From a bacterium (GTDB lineage: Bacteria > Oederibacteriota > PGYV01): 64,000 bases of DNA. The notes beneath the pieces were generated by a model. That model saw only the letters and a list, made by a program, of their open reading frames with translations. It did no database searches and was not told the origin of the DNA. Of this stretch, positions 1 to 10,249 are shown one piece after another (position 1 is the first letter of the stretch; the number at the start of each line of letters is the position of its first letter). The position numbers and the translations under genes are program-made. The stretch is from contig JAKQNO010000123.1 of assembly GCA_029565735.1 (NCBI GenBank), positions 2,474 to 66,473 of the forward strand. Reading direction: 5' to 3'.

Positions 1-54
1 TTTTCATTGGAAAGAAAAACAGAAAGCTGAACTATTTTCATGATAGCCTCCCCA

Positions 55-1362
55 TTATAGGTTCCTCTTATCTATTATGCGTTTTGCCTTTCCTTCGCTT
101 CTGGCTATTGTCTTAGGCTCCATTAACTTCACTTTTACGCTTACACCAAGGACAGAATGAATTTCGTGCGCGATATCTTTTTCTGTCTGTTCAAGGACTT
201 TTATTTCGTCGCTGAACATTTTTTCGTTCACTTCAACCTGCACTTCAAGCCTGTCCATGCCGTGTTCCGGCCTGTCCACAATAATCTGATAGTGCGGCTC
301 CACGCCTTTAAACTTCATTATAACCATCTCTATTTCAGACGGGAATACATTAACCCCCCTTATTATAAGCATATCATCCGTCCTGCCGCTTACCCTTTCC
401 ATCCTTACAAGGCCGCGTCCGCATTTGCACGGTTCGGGAATTAATCTTGTGATATCACGGGTGCGGTATCTTAATAACGGAATCGCCTCTTTTGTTATGG
501 TTGTAAAAACAAGTTCGCCTTTTTCCCCGGGCTTTACAGGTTCGCCGGTTTCGGGATTTATTATTTCCGGAATAAAGTGGTCTTCATATACGTGAAGACC
601 GTGCTTTTGCAGGCATTCATTGGCAACGCCGGGGCCTATTATTTCGCTTAGACCGTAAATATCAACAGCATCAATTCCCCACGCGTCTTCTATTTCTTTT
701 CTCATATTTTCCGACCACGGCTCCGCGCCGAATATGCCGGCTTTTAATTTTATGTCTTTTCTTGAAATCTCCGGCGTTTCTTTTAATGTTTCCGCAAGGT
801 TTAAAGCGTAAGAAGGCGTGCAGGTAAGGATTGTGGAGCCAAAGTCCTTCATTATTTTTAACTGCCTCTGCGAGTTTCCGCCCGAAACCGGGATAACTGT
901 CGCGCCAAGTTTTTCCGCGCCGTAATGGACTCCAAGTCCGCCCGTAAAAAGGCCGTAACCGTAAGCGTTGTGTATCATATCGCCGGGGGTTCCGCCGGCC
1001 ATTGCAATTGACCTTGCCATTACCGTTGCCCAGACATCTATGTCATTTTTTGTGTATCCGACAACGGTCATTTTACCCGTGGTCCCCGAAGACGCGTGTA
1101 TCCTTACCACGTCTTTTTGCGGCGCGGAAAACATGCCGTAAGGGTAGTCGTTATCGCGCAGATCTGTTTTATATGTAAAAGGCAGCCTGACAATATCATC
1201 AACGCTTTTTATATCCGAAGGCTTTACTCCAAGGTCATCCATTTTTTTCTTATAAAATTTATTGTTATTATAAACACGTTCCACAGTCTTAACAAGCCTT
1301 TCTGACTGAAGCGCCTTTAACTGTTCTCTTGAATATGACTCTTCCGCGGAATAATAATTCAT
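55..1362 (-). CDS. paaK: phenylacetate-CoA ligase family protein (aryl-CoA ligase, PaaK-like)
   Basis: 435 aa. Adenylate-forming motif [11 protein letters not shown]. Overall similarity to the PaaK family. 4-bp overlap with the upstream iorB. Confidence 0.85.
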   Translation of the reverse strand: MNYYSAEESYSREQLKALQSERLVKTVERVYNNNKFYKKKMDDLGVKPSDIKSVDDIVRLPFTYKTDLRDNDYPYGMFSAPQKDVVRIHASSGTTGKMTVVGYTKNDIDVWATVMARSIAMAGGTPGDMIHNAYGYGLFTGGLGVHYGAEKLGATVIPVSGGNSQRQLKIMKDFGSTILTCTPSYALNLAETLKETPEISRKDIKLKAGIFGAEPWSENMRKEIEDAWGIDAVDIYGLSEIIGPGVANECLQKHGLHVYEDHFIPEIINPETGEPVKPGEKGELVFTTITKEAIPLLRYRTRDITRLIPEPCKCGRGLVRMERVSGRTDDMLIIRGVNVFPSEIEMVIMKFKGVEPHYQIIVDRPEHGMDRLEVQVEVNEKMFSDEIKVLEQTEKDIAHEIHSVLGVSVKVKLMEPKTIARSEGKAKRIIDKRNL

Positions 1363-1928
1363 TTAACAAGCTCCTTTCCCTTTAAAAACGCCTTAACATT
1401 TTCATCCGTATATTTGCCGACGCGTTTTGTAAACGCCTCCCTGAAATCATTTTCGTTAAAATCAAGATACGCGCATAAAGCGCCTGTCATTACAGAACTT
1501 ACAAATTTTATATTGCCGCCTTCTTTAGCCGCGGCAATCGCGTCAATATATTTTACATGCGGATGCTTAAAAACACCCTTTACGTCAGGATATTCCTGCT
1601 TTGAAAAAGCAAAAGAAGCGGGTTTAATCTGCTGTGTGTTCACAATAACTTTGGTTGAAGGGTTAATATAATCCTGCCAGCGCAGTATTTCCATTTCCTC
1701 AAAAGACGCAAGAAAATCAACCTCTTCCTTAAGCGGAAGCGGCGAATAGACCTTATCGCCGTAGCGGACAAAACTGTATACCACGCCGCCGCGCTGTGAC
1801 ATTCCGTGAATTTCTGATTTTTTTACGTCGTGACCCTTTGCAAGCGCCATATCGGAAATGATATCAGAACTGCTTACGATTCCCTGCCCTCCGACGCCGA
1901 CAAGGAGTATGTTCATAATTTTAGCCAA
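1359..1928 (-). CDS. iorB: indolepyruvate:ferredoxin oxidoreductase beta subunit (2-oxoacid:ferredoxin oxidoreductase gamma-type)
   Basis: 189 aa. N-terminus [10 protein letters not shown]...HGMSQRGG is typical of IorB/PorG. Translationally coupled to paaK. Confidence 0.8.
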   Translation of the reverse strand: MAKIMNILLVGVGGQGIVSSSDIISDMALAKGHDVKKSEIHGMSQRGGVVYSFVRYGDKVYSPLPLKEEVDFLASFEEMEILRWQDYINPSTKVIVNTQQIKPASFAFSKQEYPDVKGVFKHPHVKYIDAIAAAKEGGNIKFVSSVMTGALCAYLDFNENDFREAFTKRVGKYTDENVKAFLKGKELVK

Positions 1929-2069
1929 AACCTGCCTCCATAAAATTAATAAATGTGATTATTTTACAACAGGAAAAATGAAATGTAAACAGATTATGGA
2001 CCTTGCTTTGCGTTTTTCCCGGCAGTCAATGTGATAATCTGCAATAGCGGAGTCGGCAAAGCCGAAAGT

Positions 2070-2180
2070 TTCAAGCTATAAGCAATTAGGCATTTAAGCA
2101 TAAGCGTAACAACTTTCGCAAACCAGCTTTCCACGATTACGCTTATGCTTATCTGCTTATAGCTTAAACAGCTTATCTTT
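2070..2180. repeat. MITE/BIME-like element with about 26-bp imperfect terminal inverted repeats (AAGCTATAAGCA...CGCTTATGCTTATCTGCTTATAGCTT)
   Basis: Inverted arms read directly from the sequence. Core GCTTAT(C/A)TGC(C/T)TATAGCTTAA is shared with the 3188-3335, 5770-6013 and 33962-34190 elements. Confidence 0.5.
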
Positions 2181-2186
2181 CAGCCT

Positions 2187-3074
2187 TCACACCGCCCCTT
2201 TTTTCATTACCGCCTTTGCGCCTTTGGCGTTAGCGAAAGAAGCAATTTCACGCAGGTGTTTTTCATCCAGGCAAAGCCCTTTTCCCGTCTTATCAACCAT
2301 AAACAGCACGCCTGCAATAAACGCATCGCCCGCGCCTGTTGTGTCAATTGCCTTGACTTTAATACCGGGCGAGTGAAAAAACACATCACCAAACTTAACA
2401 TAACACCCGTTTTTACCCGCGCTGATAAATACAAGCTGATCCTCCCGAAACACGCCCTTTATGCCCTTCTTATCCGGAGTTTTGCCAAACAGAAATTTAA
2501 GTTCTGTGTCGCTTATCTTTATAATATCAGCGTATTTAAAATACTTTTTTATGTGCTTTTTTGCGGCATCATGCCTGCCTTCCCACAGATTAAGGCGCAC
2601 ATTCGGGTCATAGGAAACTATTTTGCCGTACTTTTTTGCAAGCTTAACGCCTTTTAATGTGGCGGCACCGTTATTCTTATACATTGTGCTGATAGAACCA
2701 AAATGCAGGATAGAACATTTTTTAATTACGCTTTCTTTTATTTCAGAAGGCATAAGCATTGTATCGGCAGAAGGATGTCCGTAAAAGGTAAAATCGCGCT
2801 CCCCGGATTTATCAAGAAATACAAAAACAAGGCCCGTCTTATAACCTTTGATTTTGTAAACACAGGACACGTCCACGTGATTTGATTTTACAAAACCGGT
2901 AAGAAAGCGGCCAAGAAAATCATCACCTGTTTTTGAAATTATCGCGGAGTCAGCGCCCCACCGCGCAAGGTTAACAGCCACATTTGAAGGCGCGCCGCCC
3001 GGCCGCAGTATATGGCCTTTGCCTTCAGGCACAAAATCCGCAAGTATCTCGCCTATACAGATTATTTTGGGCAT
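2187..3074 (-). CDS. PfkB-family carbohydrate kinase (fructokinase/ketodeoxygluconokinase-like)
   Basis: 295 aa. PfkB signature DTTGAGDAF near the C-terminus. Confidence 0.85.
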   Translation of the reverse strand: MPKIICIGEILADFVPEGKGHILRPGGAPSNVAVNLARWGADSAIISKTGDDFLGRFLTGFVKSNHVDVSCVYKIKGYKTGLVFVFLDKSGERDFTFYGHPSADTMLMPSEIKESVIKKCSILHFGSISTMYKNNGAATLKGVKLAKKYGKIVSYDPNVRLNLWEGRHDAAKKHIKKYFKYADIIKISDTELKFLFGKTPDKKGIKGVFREDQLVFISAGKNGCYVKFGDVFFHSPGIKVKAIDTTGAGDAFIAGVLFMVDKTGKGLCLDEKHLREIASFANAKGAKAVMKKGAV

Positions 3075-3139
3075 TAAGTATCCTTATATTGAATTGCCGT
3101 TTATAAAATAGCCATAGGGCGGTTACCCGGTCATCAGTT

Positions 3140-3375
3140 TCTATCCCATAAACTGTTATCCCATATCCCATAGATAGAACAGCAGTTTAAGCTATAAGCA
3201 GTTAAGCAGAAGCGAAAGACAAACATCAGAACAAGATAGATTGAAACATAGACAAAAGATCAGCAAAAACGGCTCAATCTATAAATAATTTTCCCCGCTT
3301 ATGCTTAATTGCCTATAGCTTAATTCGCTTTCTTTCCAAATCAACTTCCGCGGGCTAAAGACCCGCGGCTACCAG
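3140..3375. repeat. Composite intergenic repeat made of three modules
   Basis: Module CCCATAAAC..TTATCCCATATCCCATAGATA at 3143-3177 recurs at 9986-10018. Inverted-repeat element AAGCTATAAGCAGTTAAGC...GCTTAATTGCCTATAGCTTAATTCG at 3188-3335. Hairpin module CCGCGGGCTAAAGACCCGCGGCTACC at 3350-3375 is the reverse complement of 10063-10090. Confidence 0.5.
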
Positions 3376-3402
3376 ATCCAGACCGTACGCCGAGCTGCCG
3401 CC

Positions 3403-4623
3403 CTACCTGAACGTATGCTTTGACTCTTCCGCCACCCATTTTGTTTTCATGGCAATCATAAGTTCTTCATTGGTCGGAATTACCATTACTTTTACTTTGC
3501 CTTTGCTTATTGTCTTCTCTTTTTCTTTTGATTCATTCTTGGCGTCATCAATTTTTATGCCAAGGAAGCCAAGAGATTCGCAGACTTCTTTTCTGATTGC
3601 AACGGCGTTTTCGCCGATTCCGCCCGTAAATACAACCGCGTCAAGGCCGCCCATAGCGGCTGCATACGCGCCTATATATTTTGTGATTCTGTAGCAGAAT
3701 ATGTCTATAGCAAATTTAGCCCTTGCGTTATCATTCCTGGCAGCTTCCATAATTTCCCTTAAATCGTTAGAAACGCCGGATATGCCTTTAAGCCCGCTTT
3801 TTTTATTCAAAAGGTTGTCCATTCCGTCGGCATCAAGATGTTCTTTTTTCATTAAAAAAGTAACAACAGCCGGGTCCATATCGCCTGTCCTTGTGCCCAT
3901 TACAAGGCCTTCAAGCGGAGTAAAGCCCATTGATGTGTCAAAAGACTGTCCGCCGTTTACAGCTGTTATGCTTGCTCCATTGCCAAGGTGGCATGTGATA
4001 ATTTTTGTCTTTTTTATATCTTTCTTTAAAAGTTCCGCGGCCCTTTTGGACACATACTCATGCGAAGTTCCGTGGAAACCGTATTTTCTTACGTGGTACC
4101 TTTCATAAAGCTCATATGGCAGGCCGTATATGTACGCCTGTTTTGTCATGGTCTGATGGAAAGCCGTGTCAAAAACAGCCACCTGCGGAACGTCCTTGAA
4201 TATCTTTTCGCACACTTCAATACCCGCCATGTTAGGCGGATTATGCAAAGGCGCTATTTCAAAACAGTCTGTAATTACCTCTTTAACACCCTTTGTAATA
4301 AGGGCGGATTTGCTGAATTTTTCCCCGCCGTGAACGACCCTGTGGCCTACCGCATCAACCTCTATTTTGTCCTTAAAAAGCCCTGTTTTCGGGTCAATTA
4401 AGGCTTTTTCAACGGCTTCAACAGCTGCGGTATGGTTTTCCGCTTTAATTTCTTTTACAACTTTTTCATCCTTTTTCATTTTATGCGTTTTAAAATTGAA
4501 TTTTGATTTTTCTTTGCCTATCTCTTCAATGACGCCTTCAGCTAAAAGCACATTGTTCTTTTCCATGTCAAACAGCTTGAATTTCAGCGATGAACTTCCG
4601 CAGTTGATAACCATAACTTTCAT
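3403..4623 (-). CDS. ackA: acetate kinase
   Basis: 406 aa. Start MKVMVINCGSSSLKF plus acetate/propionate kinase motifs. Confidence 0.95.
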   Translation of the reverse strand: MKVMVINCGSSSLKFKLFDMEKNNVLLAEGVIEEIGKEKSKFNFKTHKMKKDEKVVKEIKAENHTAAVEAVEKALIDPKTGLFKDKIEVDAVGHRVVHGGEKFSKSALITKGVKEVITDCFEIAPLHNPPNMAGIEVCEKIFKDVPQVAVFDTAFHQTMTKQAYIYGLPYELYERYHVRKYGFHGTSHEYVSKRAAELLKKDIKKTKIITCHLGNGASITAVNGGQSFDTSMGFTPLEGLVMGTRTGDMDPAVVTFLMKKEHLDADGMDNLLNKKSGLKGISGVSNDLREIMEAARNDNARAKFAIDIFCYRITKYIGAYAAAMGGLDAVVFTGGIGENAVAIRKEVCESLGFLGIKIDDAKNESKEKEKTISKGKVKVMVIPTNEELMIAMKTKWVAEESKHTFR

Positions 4624-4648
4624 ATTATTACCTCCGGTATATTATTTT

Positions 4649-5653
4649 TTATTTGTGGTTCTGAAGCCTTACAACGTTGATTGCGGTTACATTAATAATA
4701 TCGCTTGCCTTGCAGCCGCGCGATAAATCGCTGCACGGCCTTGCAGTGCCCTGATAAATAGGGCCGTAAGCTTCGGCTTTTGCAAGCCTTTCGGTAAGTT
4801 TATACGCTATATTGCCTGAATCAAGGTCGGGAAATATAAGGACATTTGCCTGCCCCGCAACCGAGGAACCGGGGGCTTTTTTGGCGCCTACAGCCGGTAT
4901 TAACGCGGCGTCGCCCTGCATTTCGCCGTCTATCATCATTGACGGGTCTTTCTGTTTTGCAAGTTCCATTGCCTTAATAACCTTATCTATCCTTGCGTGT
5001 TTGGCGCTTCCTTTTGTGGAAAATGAAAGCATTGCCACTTTTGGTTCTTCTCCCATTAATTCCCTGTATGTATTTCCTGTTGTGACCGCAATGTCAGAAA
5101 GCTGGTTTTCATCAGGGTCAATTACAAATCCGCCGTCCGAATAAAACAGCACGCCGTCTTTGCCGAAAGATTTATCCGGAAGTATCATTATGAAGAAACT
5201 GGAAAGCGTTTTAATTCCGGGTTTCATGCCGATAAGATATATGGCGGCCCTTGAAACGTCAGAAGTGGTGTTAACCGCGCCTGCAACAAACGTATCTACA
5301 ACGCCTTTTTTTACCATCATCGCGCCGTAATAGACGTCTTTTTTCATAATTTCCATTGCCTGTTCCGGGGTGACGCCTTTGGCTTTTCTCATTTCATAAA
5401 ATTCATTTGCGTATTCCTTAATATCAGGCAGGTTTGCAAGGTCAAGTATTTTAACCCCGTCAAGTTTAAGATTTTTATTTTTTGCTATTTCCTTTATCTT
5501 ATCCGGATTTCCCAGGATGGTTATGTCCGCAATCTTCATCTCCGCGCACTTTGCCGCGGCTTCCACTGTTCTTTCATCATTTCCTTCCGGAAGAACCACT
5601 TTTTTCGGGTCTTTTTTTGCTTTTTCGAACACTTGTTCCATGAATGATGCCAT
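4649..5653 (-). CDS. pta: phosphate acetyltransferase (short form)
   Basis: 334 aa with PTA_PTB domain features. Immediately upstream of ackA in the canonical pta-ackA order. Confidence 0.9.
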   Translation of the reverse strand: MASFMEQVFEKAKKDPKKVVLPEGNDERTVEAAAKCAEMKIADITILGNPDKIKEIAKNKNLKLDGVKILDLANLPDIKEYANEFYEMRKAKGVTPEQAMEIMKKDVYYGAMMVKKGVVDTFVAGAVNTTSDVSRAAIYLIGMKPGIKTLSSFFIMILPDKSFGKDGVLFYSDGGFVIDPDENQLSDIAVTTGNTYRELMGEEPKVAMLSFSTKGSAKHARIDKVIKAMELAKQKDPSMMIDGEMQGDAALIPAVGAKKAPGSSVAGQANVLIFPDLDSGNIAYKLTERLAKAEAYGPIYQGTARPCSDLSRGCKASDIINVTAINVVRLQNHK

Positions 5654-5749
5654 TGTCTTCTCTCCTATTATGATATGATTGTTATAAAAACAAATTGATT
5701 ATAAATCTGAAACAAGGTTTTGTAAAGAAAAAACGGGTAAAAAGGTTGT

Positions 5750-6013
5750 AAAACATAGCACTTTAACGTAAACATAGCACATTAGCGAATTGAGCAATTA
5801 AGCTATAACGTAAACATAATGCCTTTGTTTTCGCTAATGCTTATCTGCCTATAGCTTATAACGCTATTTTTTTGTCTTCGCTAATGCTTATCTGCTTATA
5901 GCTTAAATCGTTATATTTCTAGCTAATTCTTAATTGCCTATAGCTTATAACGCTATTTTTTATGCTTTCGCTTCTGCTTATCTGCCTATAGCTTAATCCG
6001 CTATGTTTTACGC
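5750..6013. repeat. Tandem array of about 46-bp units (four copies) with core GCTTATCTGCCTATAGCTTA(T)AACGCTATTTTT, plus a left arm AACATAGCACTTTA...GCAATTAAGCTATAACG
   Basis: Direct inspection. Units at about 5830-5877, 5878-5925, 5926-5966 and 5967-6013. The left arm matches 33965-34010. Confidence 0.6.
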
Positions 6014-6991
6014 CTATCCTAAAAACGGATTATCCTTCATAAGGTAGTTCTGAACATAATCCTTAACGCCCTCTTCAAGTGTGTGTATTTTTCCGTTAAA
6101 GCCCGCGGCGCGGATTTTGTCTGTTTTGGCCTCTGTAAAATACTGGTATTTTTCCCTGATAGATTCGGGCATGTCAATGTACTCTATATTAACAGGTTTA
6201 CCCATCGCGTTAAACGTGGCTTTTGCAAGGTCGGCAAAACTTCTTGCCTTCCCTGTGCCTGCGTTAAAGATTCCGGACAACCCTTTGTCATAAGCGTGCA
6301 GCGTCATGGCAACCGCGTCTTTAACATAAATAAAATCCCTTAACTGCCCGCCGTCTTCATAACCTTTTTTGTGGGATTTGAAAAGCTGAATCTTGCCTGT
6401 CGCGTTTATCTGGCAAAACGCTTTATGCACAACGCTTCTCATGTCGTCTTTATGGTATTCATTTGGGCCGAACACATTAAAAAACTTTATGCCCGCCATC
6501 TTTGATATGATTCCGCTTCTTAAAGCCCAAAGGTCCATAAGCTGTTTGGAATAACCGTACATATTAAGAGGCCTTAATGATTCAATCTTTTCGTGCGCGT
6601 CGTCAAAACCCTGCGCGCCGTCGCCGTATGTGGCGGCAGAACTTGCGTAAACAAACTTCTTGCCGTACTTTGCGCACCACTTGCCTGTGACCTGGGTGTA
6701 TTTGTAATTGTTTTCAATAAGGAAAGACGCGTCTTTTTCCGTGGTCGCGCTGCACGCGCCCATGTGAATTACGCCTTCCAAAGAGTCACGAAGAAGTTTA
6801 TCGTCATATACCACGCGCTTGATGAAACTCTCTTTTTCTTCATAATCCGAGAATTTAAGCCCGTTTAAATTTTTCCACTTTTCATCCGTACCAAGCTCAT
6901 CCACCACGTGAATATCCGTAATCCCCCGCCGGTTAAGCTCCCAAATTATCGTGCTTCCTATAAATCCCGCTCCGCCTGTTACCGCTATCAT
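6014..6991 (-). CDS. hldD: ADP-L-glycero-D-manno-heptose-6-epimerase
   Basis: 325 aa. N-terminus TGGAGFIGS. High similarity to HldD/RfaD along its length (YASSAATYG, NVYGYSK). Confidence 0.85.
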   Translation of the reverse strand: MIAVTGGAGFIGSTIIWELNRRGITDIHVVDELGTDEKWKNLNGLKFSDYEEKESFIKRVVYDDKLLRDSLEGVIHMGACSATTEKDASFLIENNYKYTQVTGKWCAKYGKKFVYASSAATYGDGAQGFDDAHEKIESLRPLNMYGYSKQLMDLWALRSGIISKMAGIKFFNVFGPNEYHKDDMRSVVHKAFCQINATGKIQLFKSHKKGYEDGGQLRDFIYVKDAVAMTLHAYDKGLSGIFNAGTGKARSFADLAKATFNAMGKPVNIEYIDMPESIREKYQYFTEAKTDKIRAAGFNGKIHTLEEGVKDYVQNYLMKDNPFLG

Positions 6992-7059
6992 AATATTCCT
7001 CCTGGTTATTTAATAATTTTAATTATTATACAACAAAGTGTGTTTTTGTTCTATTATTT

Positions 7060-7225
7060 CGTGGAATGATACGGAGGGTCGTAAGGTCGGAGGGTCGTAA
7101 GTAAAACCTCAACTGGGCAGCTGGGCAAAGACAAAAAATCGGAGAGTTGGTTTAGGTTTGATAGACGCGGTCTTAATACCGCGAGTTTTTCCATCAATTG
7201 TAGAGGCGCAACATGTTGCGCCTCG
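7060..7225. repeat. Mosaic repeat modules: tandem GGAGGGTCGTAAG x2, hairpin GACGCGGTCTTAATACCGCGAG+TTTTT, and the palindrome TGTAGAGGCGCAACATGTTGCGCCTC
   Basis: Modules are shared with 32095-32120, 10063-10090 and 10267-10291/18724-18749. Confidence 0.45.
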
Positions 7226-7383
7226 TTTTTAGAGACAGCGATTTAATTATCAGATATAGATTAAGCAAAAATACGCGCCTTAAAAGATGCTGCTGCGAAA
7301 ATCGCTTTATTTACAAACAAATGCGAGAAACCCTATATTTTATTAGCATTTATTTTAACAATGTCACGAGTCAAGGCACGGTG

Positions 7384-7644
7384 TCAGTTTATTTTAAAAA
7401 CTATTTCTCCGTTCTCATCCTCGCTTATTGCAGCTCCTAAAGGAAAGAATGGATAGTAATTATTATTTTGTTCAAAATCTTTTGAATCTACATTTTCACT
7501 TCTAGCGTTCCATGTATTACATTTCCATTCACAATCTCTATAAGTTTCTGCATTCTTTTTTATTGCATTACCATCTAAAGCATAAATTAACGATGGTAAA
7601 AATGATAAAATAAAAAAAATTAATCGCTTTTGGCTTATAGACAT
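7384..7644 (-). CDS. hypothetical small secreted protein (signal peptide, Cys-containing)
   Basis: 86 aa with a hydrophobic N-terminus. Lies in an AT-rich island. No recognisable family. Confidence 0.5.
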   Translation of the reverse strand: MSISQKRLIFFILSFLPSLIYALDGNAIKKNAETYRDCEWKCNTWNARSENVDSKDFEQNNNYYPFFPLGAAISEDENGEIVFKIN

Positions 7645-8853
7645 TTACTTTCTCCTTGAAACTTTTAAAACTCTAACCATACCAATACAGTTGATTTGAT
7701 TTTTACAACAAATATTTTCAAAAAAGTACAAATCTCCGTCTTTGTTGAATATCATGCTTTCTTGCCAGTTCATCAATAACGGCTCCGGACGATTTTCACA
7801 ATCATCCCTCCATTTATCTTCAACTCTATATTTCCAATCTCTTATTACGCCTAACATTTTGCCACAAGGTGAAACTTTATAAAAACCACGTTCATTCCCT
7901 TTCATCCCCACGGATTTAAAATATACATTTTGAAATCTATCTATATATATAAACGTAATGCTTTTTACCGAAGGAGAATTTTGAACAACTCTAAACTCAC
8001 AGGACTCAGATTTAACATTAAAAACTGTCGGATATATTTCTTTAACCATTACGTTTAATGTATTTCTCGAGCCTTTTAGATTGTCTGTATTTTGTTGTAA
8101 ATCTTTCCTTTTTATAATATCGCTTGGATCAATATACATAATCGCTTCTCTGGCACTTTGTCCGTCTGATTTTTCAGGAATGTTTATCTTTTGCTTCACT
8201 CTACCTTTTTCATCAATTTTTTCTATTGTGTTTTTGATAGTATTAATAATATATATTTCTCCCAAATATACTTCAAATTCATCTATCATTGAGTCAGCAA
8301 TCCAGTGGTCACCCTGCAAATGAGCTTTTCTGGTATTATCAAAAGGAATATCAATCAGGTGTTTACCGTCGCTATTGAATTTCTGTATTCTTCCCATGTA
8401 AGGATCAAAAATATAAATAAAGCCATTTTCATCAATTTTTACATCAATATCCTGCTTTAAATCATCATCATTCAAATAAGCAAAATAGACTTTTTTCTCC
8501 AATTTCGCTTTATTAGCCTTTATATAATCCAGTTCCAGTATCGGGGCTTCGAGGATTACTTTTGCTTCGTACTTTTCCGGCAGTTTGTTTTCATCCACTT
8601 CCGACAGGTTAATTGTCACAACCTTTGTCCCGTCTTCTTTATATTCTGTCACAACCCCGGGAGACTGGATTTCGGTTTTGACGGTTTTAGATTCAACCGT
8701 CGCTGCGCCGCTGTCAGCTGTCACCGTGGAAACAGCAACAACAGGCGTTGATTCTGCCTGCGCGGTTTGGGTTACACCATTTTTTCCCTGCGCAAACAAC
8801 AGACCTGCTGATATTACGCCTATAATATAAACCGTTAAAAGTATTTTTTTCAT
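7645..8853 (-). CDS. hypothetical secreted protein with beta-propeller-like (NHL-like) segment and Cys-rich C-terminus
   Basis: Start moved to the internal MKKILLTVYIIG (signal peptide), preceded by SD AGGAGGGG. ATGA overlap with the upstream gene. Confidence 0.6.
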   Translation of the reverse strand: MKKILLTVYIIGVISAGLLFAQGKNGVTQTAQAESTPVVAVSTVTADSGAATVESKTVKTEIQSPGVVTEYKEDGTKVVTINLSEVDENKLPEKYEAKVILEAPILELDYIKANKAKLEKKVYFAYLNDDDLKQDIDVKIDENGFIYIFDPYMGRIQKFNSDGKHLIDIPFDNTRKAHLQGDHWIADSMIDEFEVYLGEIYIINTIKNTIEKIDEKGRVKQKINIPEKSDGQSAREAIMYIDPSDIIKRKDLQQNTDNLKGSRNTLNVMVKEIYPTVFNVKSESCEFRVVQNSPSVKSITFIYIDRFQNVYFKSVGMKGNERGFYKVSPCGKMLGVIRDWKYRVEDKWRDDCENRPEPLLMNWQESMIFNKDGDLYFFENICCKNQINCIGMVRVLKVSRRK

Positions 8854-9857
8854 TTCTTCCCCTCCTGTTTTGTCTTCACCCATTCAAACTTAACATCCTC
8901 ATTTACCTTAATATCACTCATTACAATATTGGTCTTTGCCTTTCCCTGCGGGGATGACATTTCCACTTCTGACTCTGCCGGCATTTCTATTTCCCTTTCC
9001 TTTACCTCTACTGCACCTGCGCCCTTGTGGCGCGGTACGGCTTTTATCTTATGCCTGCGTTTTACCGTTACATGTCCAAGTTTTTCCCCTGCTTCGTTAT
9101 AAAATTCCTGCTCTTCTGTTATGCCCGAATCAAGGTTAATTTTTTCCACCCTTTTGGCTATCATATGCCTTTTAATATTCTCTTTTTCATCTCTTAATTT
9201 TTGTAAATACTTCTTCTTTATCTTCTTGTCCTTCCCGTTCTTCGCCGGGGTTTCTTCCGCTATCATAATATTCCTGTCAAATCCCTCTTTCATCAGCGCC
9301 ATCTTCTTATTTTCATATTCCACAACCGCTTTATTCCCAAAAAATTCTTTTTTTACCCTTACCTTATAATCCGCGGTTTCAGCTTCTTTTACCCTTAAAT
9401 CTTTAAAATGTTTGGCGTCAGATGATTTGTTCCCGTCTTTATCGGCAAACATTGTGTTAATTGAAGACCCGCCAAAACTTCCCAATCCGGCGTACTGTGA
9501 CATAATAGCGTCTTTTTCTTCCGGGGTTAGCGTGAATGTTTTTGTTGTGCCGTTGGCCATTAAATAAGTAACCGAACCCGCCGCAGTATCCACCAAAAAC
9601 TGCATCTGCAAAGCGCCTGTGCCGGTTATCATAACTTTACTATCGCCGTTTTCATTGGTCTGCATAACATAATCATAATCAAGCGTTTTCTTTATCCCGC
9701 CAAATTCAGTTTCAGAAGACACAGACGCGGCAAATGTCTGCACGCTGTCCTGATACCCCTGCTGTGCCGCCGCCACATCCGCAATAGTCAAATCTTCCGC
9801 GTATAAAAAAACAGAAAATATAAAAAAAGACATGAATAGTACCAAAAGTTTTTTCAT
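8850..9857 (-). CDS. hypothetical secreted protein, Lys/Glu-rich C-terminal half
   Basis: Start taken at MKKLLVLFMSFFIF (signal peptide) preceded by GGGAG. No family recognised. Confidence 0.6.
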   Translation of the reverse strand: MKKLLVLFMSFFIFSVFLYAEDLTIADVAAAQQGYQDSVQTFAASVSSETEFGGIKKTLDYDYVMQTNENGDSKVMITGTGALQMQFLVDTAAGSVTYLMANGTTKTFTLTPEEKDAIMSQYAGLGSFGGSSINTMFADKDGNKSSDAKHFKDLRVKEAETADYKVRVKKEFFGNKAVVEYENKKMALMKEGFDRNIMIAEETPAKNGKDKKIKKKYLQKLRDEKENIKRHMIAKRVEKINLDSGITEEQEFYNEAGEKLGHVTVKRRHKIKAVPRHKGAGAVEVKEREIEMPAESEVEMSSPQGKAKTNIVMSDIKVNEDVKFEWVKTKQEGKK

Positions 9858-9984
9858 ATTTTTTACTCCCAAATTATTTTGTGCGAAAAACGGTTAACAG
9901 ACAGCGCCCTCCCGCCGTGTACCCTCCGCATAATTTCAATTATTCTAAACCATTATCGTATATTGTCAACGGTAAAAAATATTG

Positions 9985-10240
9985 AACCCATAAACTTTTA
10001 TCCCATATCCCATAGATAAAAATCGAGGGACAGATGTACAGAGGGACGGAAGGTTTGGTAGACGCGGGTCTTTAGCCCGCGGTTGAAGCGAGCGTACGAG
10101 CGGAAATCCCTGCAATGAAGCGAATTTATGAGCGAAAGAAGCAGGGACAGTTAAAAACAAAACACGCGACCTAAAAGGACGCGGCTACCAGAACAAAACA
10201 TAAAGGCCGGACAGCGCGGGAGCGCTGTCCCTACAAATTC
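9985..10240. repeat. Mosaic intergenic repeat modules (CCCATAAAC..TTATCCCATATCCCATAGATA; CAGAGGGACGGA; GGTAGACGCGGGTCTTTAGCCCGCGG; GACGCGGCTACCAGA)
   Basis: Direct matches to 3143-3177, 3350-3375 (reverse complement) and 32385-32400. Confidence 0.45.
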
Positions 10241-10249
10241 AAATACGTA

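Noticed and set aside
5830-6013. Possible CRISPR array (regularly spaced ~46-bp repeats)
   Set aside because: The units are contiguous tandem copies with no unique spacers between them. The same motif occurs in inverted orientation at other spacers, and no cas genes are present. It is interpreted as part of the mosaic intergenic repeat family.
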